Assembly: GCA_905178155.1 (NCBI GenBank)
Contig: CAJINV010000003.1
Span: 618,720 to 682,719 of the forward strand
Origin: Amoebophrya sp. A120
Taxonomy: Eukaryota > Protista > Dinoflagellata
Length of the DNA: 64,000 nt
Direction: 5' to 3'
Of this stretch, positions 19,009 through 30,439 are shown one piece after another (position 1 is the first letter of the stretch; each line of letters starts with the position of its first letter). The position numbers and the translations under genes are program-made. The notes below the pieces were generated by a model. That model searched no databases. It saw only the letters and a list, made by a program, of their open reading frames with translations, and was not told the DNA's origin.

Positions 19009-21829
19009 ATGTCAGTCAAGGGTGACAACAGACCTCAGGGCGTGAGGACCACTGCCGTCGACGAGAACAATGTAACTGGATCTAGATCGGCGGTCTCTAG
19101 AAAGACCGAGTTTGCCAGCACGGCTAGCGCTGCGACAACCGCTACCGGTGGCGAACAAGATTGCTCTTCATCGGTAAACCGATTCAGCAGCGATGCGGGT
19201 ACTACAGCGGGAAGAGATTATTCCAGGCACAGCACGACCACCTCGCGTGAAGAAGATTCTAATGAGGATGCCTTTTCCTCTGCAAGTTCATCTGCGAAGA
19301 CGACAACCGCGGAGGAACAGGCGCAGGTGTGGCGCATCTTTTGCGTGTTCTCTTTCTACTACGGGGTGGCGGGCAGTTACGACCTGGGTGCGGTGACTGC
19401 TACCTTGTCCGACATTTTGCAAGACCTGCACGTGGACAATCTCACGCTGGCAGGCGTTCTGGGCAGCGTCGGCTACTACGGCATGTTCATGACCATGCCG
19501 TTCTTCGGCGTGATCTTCTCGAAAATGCAGGCGAGGCAGGGGAAACTCCGGCTCTCGCTGCATGCCGCCTACAGGAGGGCGACGACGACGACGTCTTCAT
19601 CAGCCGTCTCTCCGCACGGCGGCGCGACGGCGACGACGCTCACAGCACCGCTCTTGGAGATCTCTCAACAAGCGAACAAGAACAACCCGAAAAATAATGC
19701 CAGTGCGAGCAAAAGCAGCAGGAGCGAACCAGAGCTTGATATTATTGCCTGGTCCTTCCTCGATTCGGTGGTTGCGCGGGGCCAGTGGCTCTTTTTCATC
19801 CTGGACTGGACGCTGTTGGGCCTAGCCGTTTTGCTGCCCATGTGTCTAGCGACAGACATCCGGATGATGCTGGTAGGACGATTTCTGCTTGGGACCTTTC
19901 AGGGCGCCGTCGACGTCTACTACCCAGTTTGGATTGAAGAACGCGCCCCGCCGTGCTCCCGTACCGTCTGGCAGGCGTCTCGCTTCGTCTGCATTCTGTG
20001 CGGCGTGATTTTGGGTTACATCGTCGGGGGCGCTCTCGTGTCCTCGTCGTCCAAGCAGGTGGAGAGTGGTGGTAGTACAACCGCGACGATGACGCACGAC
20101 GAGAAATTTCACTACACCTGGCGGTTAGCGTTGGCCGTCGAGGGCATCGCTTCGTTCGTCGCTGCGGCGCTGCTTTTCATCCTGGTAGACCCGGCGGTCA
20201 TGCGACTACGAGGAGAGGAGAACAATCCCGCGACCGGCGCACAACCGTTAGAAGCGGAGGTCGTGGCGTCCTCTCCCAATCCAGCAGGTCCCGCCGGCAT
20301 TTCGGGGAACGCAAGAATCCGTATTGATAGTACGACTACAAAAAGAGGAGGCAATGGGCAGGCGTACGAAAGCCTCGGCATCGGCGTGCAAAGCACGGCA
20401 ACCGAAGTAGGTGGTGCAGGACCCCCAGTAGGTGTTGTTGCTTCTGCCTCGCGACCATTCGCAACTGCAAGCGAAGATAAGACACGAGTAGATCACGAGC
20501 GCACCACCGTAATAACTGCTGCTACAATCGCTGAAGCAAAAGATCAAGATCAGCAGGATAAGGACTCCGGAACAGCAAGCGATGTGGACTACACCGTCCG
20601 AGACTTTACGGTAATGGAAAGTCTCCGTGTGCTCGCGACGAACTTGAACTACGCGATTCCGGTTTTGAACCTCTCCTGCGTCTTCCTGGTCGCCCAAGGC
20701 GTGCAATTTTGGAGTCCACAATATCTGCGGTTGGTTTTCCACCCCATTTCCGAGGGCGTCATCGTCGGCTCCACCATCGTGCTACTCCTCACCGGACCAG
20801 CCGCGGGAATCTTTCTGGGTGGGAAATTTATCGACATGTGCGGTAAGAGTATAGTTTCGTGGCACGGAATCGGAATTGTTTTTACAACGTGGACCACGAA
20901 CGAAAAACTCAAAAATATTGGCTCGCTACTCTGTTACAGGGTTCCACTTAGCAGGGCGTCATGCAACCACCCACTAGCTACGGCTATTCAATGCATGACC
21001 TCTAAAAACCGCGAGAGAATGAGAAACAAGTATGGGGTCGTCCTCTACTAAGATCTTTTGAACCTCCTTCTATACGCATACGCTTTAGTACATAGAACGC
21101 ACGTAGTTGAAGAAATTCGAACTCAACATTGCAGGTGGCTACCACGGTCGAGCCGGAAGAATCCGCACCTACAAGATTCTCCTCGGCTTTTCCTTCTTGA
21201 GCACGATCGCGGGGACGGTCGGTAACTGGATGCACGGGGAAGCGGAGTACGCACCCGCCGCGTGTTTTTTGTGGATCGTGTTTGCCGTCGGCGCCGCGAG
21301 CGTGGGTCCCCTGCAGGGCATCGCCATCAGTGCCATTCCCTACCCCGAACTCCGCACGTTTGGTAACTCGTTGGCGACCGTGAGCTTCATGGTTGGCGCC
21401 TCCATCGGGCCGCTGATTCCAGGCTTCCTGCTTCAGTCGCTCTGCCCGCCAGAAGGAGCGGTCAAGAACATCAACATGGGACAAAGTACAGCTCCAGGTA
21501 GAAGGGCTGGAGTAGAGGACCTTGTGGCGGTGCAAACTGCAGCTGGTGTAGAAACGATACAACCAAGAGTCTTTACATCGTCATTCGGAGAAGACGGCAC
21601 AACATCTGTCAACCAAAGCCAGATCGCGCACCTGTCAGAGCTGCAGCCTACTTCCGGTGGCACGACAAGCCTCCACCCACTGATAACAACGCTCTGTGCG
21701 CAGGAATCCGTCGCGCCGTTGCTCTGCAGCGGATACTTTTTCCTGTTCACTACGGGATTGTGTCTGTGGCATGAGGTCAGCCGCCCAAAACACGCCAAGG
21801 TGAAAACCTCCAAGGAGGTTGACCTGTAG
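19009..21829 (+). CDS. MFS transporter, Spinster-like; GT-AG intron 20843-21134
   Basis: Multiple TM segments; YDLGAVTA, GRFLLGTFQG...PVWIEERAP..RTVW, G.FLGGKFIDMC|GGY. Confidence 0.85.
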
Positions 21830-21884
21830 GCACTAGTTTTAGTTTATTTGAAGGACCTAATATTAATATCCTTGTAAAAAATTC

Positions 21885-22135
21885 TATTGGAGTGTCAGGA
21901 TCGAAATTTTCAAAATCGAAAAAAAAAATTGAGGTGCCTTAATTACATACCACAAATAGCTTGCATGCAAATAGTGTATCTTGGGTGTTTAACTAGCTAG
22001 CTCAAAACTGCGCCCGCGGATGCGTCCGCATCCGCGCTAAATAGATATGTCAATTGTGAGATGCATCTTCTATATAAAACACCCTACCTAGTTTTTTTTT
22101 TCGATTTTGAAAATTTCGATCCTGACGCTTCCATA
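21885..22135. mobile_element. Family-C-like TIR element (251 bp) downstream of the MFS stop codon, TSD AATTC
   Basis: tattggagtgtcaggatcgaaattttcaaaatcgaaaaaaaa / ttttttttcgattttgaaaatttcgatcctgacgcttccata. Confidence 0.88.
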
Positions 22136-22460
22136 AATTCTATCATTTCGGCAACAGCATCAGAGGCACGTGGAGGGGGCCGTCGTGGTCATTTATCTCC
22201 AACTGTTTCTGTGACTAAAACAATATTTTTCACACTGACAATGGTATGCGTGGTCAAGTTTTAGCTCATGAATAGCTCCAGCTCCACTCCTAAAGTTCTG
22301 GAACGCCACCCCGCAGCCAAGCCAGGCCACGACACTCTGACTCTGATTCTGGAAGACAACAGTGCCACTAAGGTTTTAGATGCTGTTGCGTCTTGAGGTT
22401 CAGGAAGTTTAAATTTGCGAGGATTCGCCTTTTAACTTTATCTTTATAACGGTTGATTTT

Positions 22461-23422
22461 TTACAGCTTGGACGGACGTTAGGAATTCAGTCGGTGACTT
22501 TCAGGTGACTGCCGAGCAATATGAATTTCTGGCACCCCCCCCAGCGCCGACCTTTGTGCTAGGTCTCAGCGCCTGCGTCGATGCTTCTTTCGCCCGTCCT
22601 TTCTCAGCCAGTGAAGGTCGCTGCTCTGACTGTAAGTAGTCAGAGTCGCGAGGAGGATGGGCCGGCTAGCCCTGACCTTTTGATGTAGAGGCAAAGCCTC
22701 TGCCACAGCCTCAATGGATGCAGTTATGAAGCCTGGAGTCGTCACAAAGATGCTGGCTCCAGGCTGTTGCGCGTGCAATCAGGGGTCCACTGTGGCAGCT
22801 ACCAAGCCTATTTCCGGGCCATTTGGACAGATATCAAGCGGGGGTGGGGGGGAATCGAGGCAACTTTTTGGGTTGGTGACACGAGTGGTGACGCGGGCCG
22901 GTGACACGGAGCCAAAAAAATCGCCAATTTGGTGTCACCACGACCTGTGACAGCCGATGGCGACTCCAGAAATCGTCTCGGTGACAGCCGACTTGTGCTC
23001 CGTGTCACCGGGCTCGATTTTGAGCCCGGTGACACCAAGAGTGCCGCCGTGTTTAGCTCTCAAACTTGGCCGAAATTATTGGAATCTCGGAAATTCTGAC
23101 ACTTTGGCGAATTTTTTGCCAAAAAGTCAGCTTTTTCCCGGATTCCAAAAAAGCAGGAAATTGTCAAGGTGGTGGACTTGATAGGGTGGTGGCTGTGGGC
23201 GTGCCTAGGGCACAAACACACTGTAGACTGTTTAAATCTGCCCAAATGTGTGAGCTGTCTGGCGCCGCGTTTGGCCCCCCTGCGCCGGGCAACCGGCCGA
23301 AAAGAAAACGACGCCAATCCCTCCACCCGAAGCCTCTCTATTGGCGATCCTTTCTGCGGCAAACTGCTCGCGTGTCACCAGAAAGTCTCTACCCATGTTT
23401 CTGACGGGTGTCCAAGTCCATA
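22461..23422. mobile_element. Intergenic MITE-like element related to 3122-3651 (right end degenerate)
   Basis: Starts ttacagcttggacggacgttag; many GGTGAC/GTCACC motifs; ttctgacgggtgtccaag near 23400-23416; no clean TSD found. Confidence 0.55.
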
Positions 23423-24071
23423 TTGGTTTTGTGGCTTCCAACTTCTACGAGCATAGGCATACTGATCATCGACATTCATCTTCTTCTATTCGTGTGCCGG
23501 CAAAAATTAATGGAAATTTAATATAGAGTTTAAAGGCGATGGCGAAAATGAGAGAATCGCCCATGAAGATTACCAATAAGGCATGTTCATGATCTTATTT
23601 GTTATAGCTAACTGCCATTTACACTTGAATGTGATGGCGCATAGGTATAACTGAGTTCTTACTTTGTGATGGGGTCCTAGCTAAAATATAGTGGTGGATA
23701 TAGTTGCATGGGCATGGCATAAGACTCTGTGCGACAACGCGCGATGCTGGTGGTGCGCCACAAGAAATTGGAACTTGAGACTGATCCGATTCCAATCTTC
23801 CACTAGCTCAAAATCGCTAGGAGTAGAAGGCGCGCAACTCATAGCATTAGCAATCAGGCACGTGGCAACATGTGCTACATCTAGAAGATATGTTATGAAT
23901 TGTATTTCCTGTCGTTGTCGCAGGCACGACAGCGTCAGTGGCAGCAGAAGTTTTGCGGCAGTAGCTGATGTCGTGTCTCTGTGTTTATTGAGCTATCAAT
24001 CATGTTTGATGTATGAAGATGATGTCTGAGCTCGTGCTTCAGCTTCACTCGATTTCTCGGCAAAATACGGA

Positions 24072-24932
24072 ATGCGCATCTGTAATGATGATCAGTATGA
24101 GCATCGTCATCTTCGTGAGCTGCACGCCCTAATCAGAAATGATCACGACCATGGTTCATCGCATTGGAGGTATGAAGAAATCAAAGCCCTGTGGCGCTAT
24201 CGGTTTCGGTTGCATTTACGGACCACAAAGGTGAGGATGTTTCGGTGTGGCCGCGTCCTGGGCGGCCGGAGGAGTCGGCTCCTTTGTTTGTGCCGTGCTC
24301 GTTTATTTGTTTTTTTTGCTTTACTGGCACCGTTGCCGTTCTGGACCAGCAGCCGTCGAGTGGTGCGTCGCGAGGACCAAGAGCGTCAAGAGTCTCAATC
24401 GACGACGTCGAGCGCGTCGGCACAGGTCGGCGTGGGAGATTTCGATGTAGACGCGGGCGCGTTAACGACGCTGGTGCGCCCTGCGGAACAGGCTGCACGG
24501 CTCGATGTACATCACGGAGAGCACCCTCCCGACAACGACGATGCTCGAGAGCGCGACGCAGCTGCCCCTCGCTTTACCCATGCGCCCCCATCTGAGCAGC
24601 TGGAGGACCACTCTGATTCTCCACAACAGGGCGGGGCTCCCGCGGCCCTCGAAAATAGCACAGCCCCGAAGACGAGTGGAGATCACGACCATGTGCACGA
24701 GGAAGTAAACAAAAACAAGAAGGCGGCTGAAAATGAACGAGAAGGAGCTAGCGCTGTTTTTCATTGCTGCCCCACCCCGGCAGAAGAAAAAAAAAACAAA
24801 CTTCTGATCAATGACTCAGGCCTGCCGCAAAACAGATTGATACAGGAGCCTCACCAGGGCGGTGCTGTGGGTGTGGCTAGCGACCACCTGAAGCGGAGCC
24901 CCGACGGTCCCTCACCCTCGGGAAATTCGTGA
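24072..24932 (+). CDS. Hypothetical protein (possible signal anchor; start may be ATG 24237)
   Basis: 286-aa ORF with one hydrophobic segment followed by low-complexity sequence. Confidence 0.4.
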   Translation: MRICNDDQYEHRHLRELHALIRNDHDHGSSHWRYEEIKALWRYRFRLHLRTTKVRMFRCGRVLGGRRSRLLCLCRARLFVFFALLAPLPFWTSSRRVVRREDQERQESQSTTSSASAQVGVGDFDVDAGALTTLVRPAEQAARLDVHHGEHPPDNDDARERDAAAPRFTHAPPSEQLEDHSDSPQQGGAPAALENSTAPKTSGDHDHVHEEVNKNKKAAENEREGASAVFHCCPTPAEEKKNKLLINDSGLPQNRLIQEPHQGGAVGVASDHLKRSPDGPSPSGNS

Positions 24933-25812
24933 CGCAAGGATGTTATCTTGCGATGCACATAAACGCGGATGTCCAGGCGGGTCGCGGCCCGACGCCTGGA
25001 TGATGATCAGCATAAACATCGCTAATCAGATGAGATGATCAGCACCATAGGATAGCTCAACTTCTTAGGTTGTTGTATTCCACGCCATGACGTACTATCG
25101 GTTTCGGTTACACATCAATCTTCGTTCAAATGATGGCGTTGGTGCAACTGCAACTTGTTGCTCATCTTGTCGCAGAATTATTCAATCGGGGCAATTATAC
25201 ATCTGTCGGTTCTGGTGGACGATGAAGATCATTGTCGGTATCCATCTAATGCGCTGCGCAAGTCGCATTACCTCAGGAACAAGGATGATAGTTATGACAA
25301 TAAGGGAGTTCGTCGAGGACTTCGGTATTAAAACCAAAAGACGAACAACAAAGCGCTGGCTACAAGGCGGAAGGCCGACGCCTCCTTTTGACGTGGGGAG
25401 ACACAACTATGCTCATCAACATTGTATGCTTATGCAGCATTCTTCACATAATACTAGTCATTAGCATAGAGTAGTTGTAGGCGGCCGTCGCACTTTTGCC
25501 GTACTGGTTTCTACGACTACGCCTATGAAAGAATATGCAATAAAAAAGTGTATTCTGACTTTTCCAGCAGCGGTCGTTCGAAAGTGAAGCTAAATCTTGA
25601 CCTTGAGGCTCAGTGCCCACGTACACCCTGTAGTTTTTGTCTTAGTTTCCGATGCCAGATGCTGATGCGGAGCTGTCGTAATTACTACCAAGGCTTGCGC
25701 TTGGAGTTTCAAGTCCAGCTCGCGAAAATAAACATTCTCTACTTGTACGACGTTCTTGTATAATGGATCGTTTGCAGCAGGAGGACGAGGAGGTTCGCCA
25801 TTATCTACAAAA

Positions 25813-27743
25813 ATGACGACCTTATCACGTAGTGTGTTGCCTCCGCGCCTATATTCCTGTGTGGCACTCGATAGGAACAACGATCGTGGCGACACGACGC
25901 AACTCGTCGAGGAGCACAGTGGTTTTTTGGGATGGGTAGACGGAGCGACGAAAAAACTGAGTGATGGACGCACATTACGTGTTTGTGCTGTTTCGAAACC
26001 GTTGCCCGAGGAAGACTTTCCCATGCGAACTTGTTCCGAGGAGGAAGAAGGTGGAATTATTATGCGAGCAGGAGGCGAGGCGAACGAGGACGAGAGAGTA
26101 GTCGAGGTGTTCGCAGACGTCCCGTGCCCGATACCACTCTTGGAGGTTGTTCACGAAGATAAGACAAGCGCCTCGATTTCCAAGGACCAGGACCACTACC
26201 GTTCCTCGTCGTTCGGGCCAGCACCTGATGATCCCCGCTTGCAGCTGCGTAATTATCTGCAGTACAACGACTTCTACCGCGATGATCTCCTACTACCACC
26301 AGCACACATTTTCCTTCACCGTGTGGGCTTTCTCAACCTAGGAAATCAATCAAGTCGGCTGCACATCGATACCCTGGACAACGAGGCTCTGGGACAAGTG
26401 AATCGCATCAAAAGCGCGCTGCGACAGCGCGCCGCGGCCACGGCAAGTCACACTATAATTACTACTTCGAACAGCGGTATTTACTTTGCAGAGGTGGCAT
26501 CACGAGAAAGCAACAGGTTTGATGCCCGATTAATCACCGGAATTCCGATTGATACGCGACAAATGATCAAGGCAGATTTTGTTCAACTGCCAGAGCGAGG
26601 GCCAGAGGCACCAGTAGCAGGGCCAGACCCAGAAAGTGCAGGCTCCAGTGCTGCTGCAAACCAGGAACACGTCCAGTTCTCCGCTGTGCGACAAGCCGCA
26701 CAGGCCGGGCCTTGGGTTGGCACGGTGGTGAATCAGTTACTGATGCCGACTAGTTATGACGGGTGTGGTACGTCGCAGTTTGCGGCGGGCTCATCCACTG
26801 TACAAACTGCAGGTTCTTTGTTCAGCGGTCGAGTTTCTTGTGACGTTTCGGTATTGTACATGGCTAATTGCGGCGACCAGGCATGGCACGCAGATGGCCC
26901 GCATATCGGTCGCAGCTGTACCTGTAGTGCTGTCGCTGACCACTCAGCGGTAGAAAAGCCACATCATGATCATGGAATAAATGGTGATGTGCACGACCAG
27001 AACGAGCAAGTTGTTCCTATTGCTGAAGACGACCACCACGAGTACGACAGCGATACCCAGGAGCAGGACCCGGAACTAGACCAGAATCTCCCTCTGAGTC
27101 GGAATCATGAAGAGAAAGAACCTCAACAACACGACATATTACGGACCAGCTCGCCGCTGTTTCGCGAGAATGACGACCATAGCCCCGCGTATGGCCTCTG
27201 CGTGTTTCTGGCACTCACCGACAACGAGCCGGGGATGGGAGGAACGGAATTTTGGCCCGGGTCGCACAAGCACCCAGGGCTGCTAGGCTTGGGACCCTTG
27301 GGGCCGCTCGTGGAAGCCACTGTTACGACGAAAAATGCTCGGCGGGGCGACTTATTCAAGAAAAAAACACCATCACAATCACTTTTGCACATTTTTGCAA
27401 TACAAAAATTTTTGTCATGCGCAAAAATGCATCACAGTCAAGCTCAACAAGACTTGTAGGCGATTTCCCTTTTGTGTTTTTGCAATACAAAAATTTGTCA
27501 CGCGAGACAAATTTCTGATGCAAAACCTCCTAAGTGTGATTGTGATGGTGTTTTTTTCTTGGATAAGACTGTGTCCTCTACGATTACAGGCTCCTCCACC
27601 GCGGCCTTGCCAACGAAACGCCGAAAGAGCGACGAATGTTGCAATTCTTCTACTACCGGAGCGATCTATACCGAGAGGTGCGGAATTACGGCACGCAGAG
27701 CCTTTTCGAGTCCGAAACCATAACCAGCACAGATGAGTTGTAG
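25813..27743 (+). CDS. Phytanoyl-CoA dioxygenase (PhyH)-family Fe(II)/2OG dioxygenase
   Basis: QAWHADG (HxD), VFLALTD..GGTEFWPGSH; after introner removal GD-CVLYDYRLLHRGLAN....RRMLQFFY. Confidence 0.85.
27353..27565. mobile_element. Introner (213 bp), TSD CGACT/AGACT
   Basis: tattcaagaaaaaaacaccatcacaatcac / gtgattgtgatggtgtttttttcttggata. Confidence 0.92.
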
Positions 27744-29210
27744 TTTTGTGTCAAATCAATGAACCCATGCTTTAGCTTTCTTTGTTGCAGTCACTGTCAC
27801 AGTTACTGACAGGCACAGCAGAAGCCGCCCGAGTCAACACCCATTCCTGACTTAGCATTTGTTATATGGTTATTTCCTGTAGTTTCGCATGACATTCTTA
27901 TTCACATAAAAAAGTTTCCTTATCATCGATCACGTTAATAACGAGCACGAAGTGGAAGAGCCACTAACGTGGTAGAGTCATTGATAAGCACGAGGACCGT
28001 GCCAGCTTATTCCATTCATCATGAGAACAAGATTTCATAATTGCGTTTCTCTTTCTTGTCGCGAGAAAAAATATGTTTCTGGTTCAACTGACGAAAGTGT
28101 GATCAGTAAACCCGGGTTTTACTGATCCTGATCGCTGTTCAGCAAACTACAAACGAAAATGTGAGGGTCGTAGGATAAGCTGCTCCTCATCGTTGGATTG
28201 ATGTGAGCAGGGAAGAGCAGTCGCACTCACGTGTCAATTTCGTGCGGTGATATCAAAATCCGGGGGAAACGATGCACGTGCTGTGTGGGTGTGGTATCTC
28301 GTGTGTCGTCGCGTATTGTATAGTCAATTTCAAGAAGAAGAATGTCTTGGCCAAGGGGACGCAATTATCGTAGGTTTAGGTTTACGCGGCTCCTATTATT
28401 TCAGAAGATCGTGATGAAGGCAGATACGCAAATAGATTTTTGCGAAGCAATGTGTTGTGAAGATGAATACGCATTCGTACTGTCGGTGCTAGGGGGCTCC
28501 TTCGCAATTATGTGGAACAATGGGTCGTCGTGAAGCCAGGTGTTGAGCCTGAATGTGGTTCTCAACAACTAGAATCAATCATTTCGATCGGTCTTGTTGA
28601 TAGCGTCCATTGTTGTAGTACTCTTCAGGACTGAAAAAGATATTGAAGTCGAGAACTTAGGAGCATGCGCTGGGGGCTGCGAAAAAATCTAACTTGGCTT
28701 AATATTGATTGTTCCCGTTGGTTTGTAGTTGCACATGCGCGTAGTTGTCTTTCCGTCGTGAGAAAATATCGACAAAAAATGCTATGTAGTAGCGTGAGTC
28801 CCAGAAGTCGATTGATATTCGGGATGAGTGGGAGCAGGACCACCTTGAAAAAGTATTCTAGCGCGTGGTTCTGATCGGCCTCAGAGAGAGAGACTAAAGA
28901 TGGCGCCTCTTCTGTCCTGTTTCTGTCGAACATCCAGCGCTTGTTGTTTGCCGAGACGGAACGCGAATACAAATAGAGATGACCACCACGACGCCGGTCT
29001 TGTTTGATGAAGACAGCGAGGACCTCCTGGACAACTTTATTTAGTACCACGACTACAACAGCCGGATTTTTCGGATATCTTCTATCTTGCAGCGGTGGCT
29101 CGAGCCCGGAAATAAAATATTCGCAAATAAAAGCATGTGCTTCGGAGCGAAGTTCGGAAACAACAACTTCCGGGGCCAGATGCCGATGATAGTAGTGTAC
29201 GAAGCACCGG

Positions 29211-29419
29211 TATACAAGAAAAAAACTGTGTTAGTGTAACTTTTCTTGGTCGACAGCATCACAAATTTGCTCTACATGACAGCGAAAATCTGTCATGCGT
29301 GGCTTGTAAGGGAAAACACACGCGAAAAGAGGACTTCATGGTTGTCTGGCATGGCAGGTGTCACTGTGTTGCATGTTCTGCATTACAAAGTTACACTTAT
29401 ACAGTTTTTTTCTTGCATT
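29211..29419. mobile_element. Introner-like element (209 bp), TSD ACCGG/ACAGG; host gene unclear
   Basis: tatacaagaaaaaaactgtgttagtgtaactt / aagttacacttatacagttttttttcttgcatt-like end; internal GCATNACAA motifs. Confidence 0.8.
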
Positions 29420-30439
29420 ACAGGAAGACGGCGGTCGAAAGACGATTCTGCATGACGGAAAGCAGTGGTTTCAGGCACAGTACGATGCGATCGCAAATCG
29501 ACACGGCCGCCAACGAATATCGCAGTAGCATTGGCTCCGGTCGTGGAGGTGCTGCTCTTCATCTGAAGTCTCTCGGCGCCACCACGACCTCCACCTGAGG
29601 CTTCTTTTGCTCACATCATGATGAAAAAAAAACTGAGTCGATGATTTTCTGTAATTATCACACCATCAAGAACACCGCTACGAGAAAGGATGTTGAGAAA
29701 AGCACGGAACGATGTAAAAATGACGATGGATAACTTTTGCAGCATGCTTTTCTTGTTGCATTTGCTCTACCGCTATAAAGAAGTTTTTGAATAGATTCAA
29801 CCTGACCAGGGCGCAATGGAGACTCAGATTGTCAATGGCAGCAACACATGTTGGTATCGGACTCGTTCAGATTTCGATCGTTGAAGCAAGAGTTTGGCGT
29901 CGGCACGTGTTGTCTCTACTTATTTCAGACAGATCTCATCTTCATGAGCCAAGACGCAGGCAGGATCAAGATCAGCCTGAAGATCTCGTCGTTTGCAAAG
30001 GTTCTCTTTTATTTCACTCGATGAACACAAGCCGAGCGATATCGTGTTCATGAAGATTGTCTTCAATGCTATCTTCTTCATCACCGATTATAGTTGATCA
30101 CTTTGTATTGATGTTCGTGCTGGTCGTGACATTGTCCTGTTTTCGTAAAAATACCGATCTACCTGCTTCCGTTGTTTGTTTTGGAAAAAGGAAGGAGAAT
30201 GTCATTGTGTGAGGAGCGTCTTGGCCATCACTGCTCCTGATAATTCATGCCGCGAATTTAGGCTGGTGCAGTTGCGTTTTGTTTATACGATATACGATTT
30301 TTGTACCTCCTCCGCAGCGAATTATTACAACATTCTTTGAGATGAGCTAGTACATTATGGCGGCGCATCAGTTGTACGCTACTTGAAGGAACAAGCAAAT
30401 CAAAAGACAAACCGAAAAAATAAATACTGACCCATCAAC

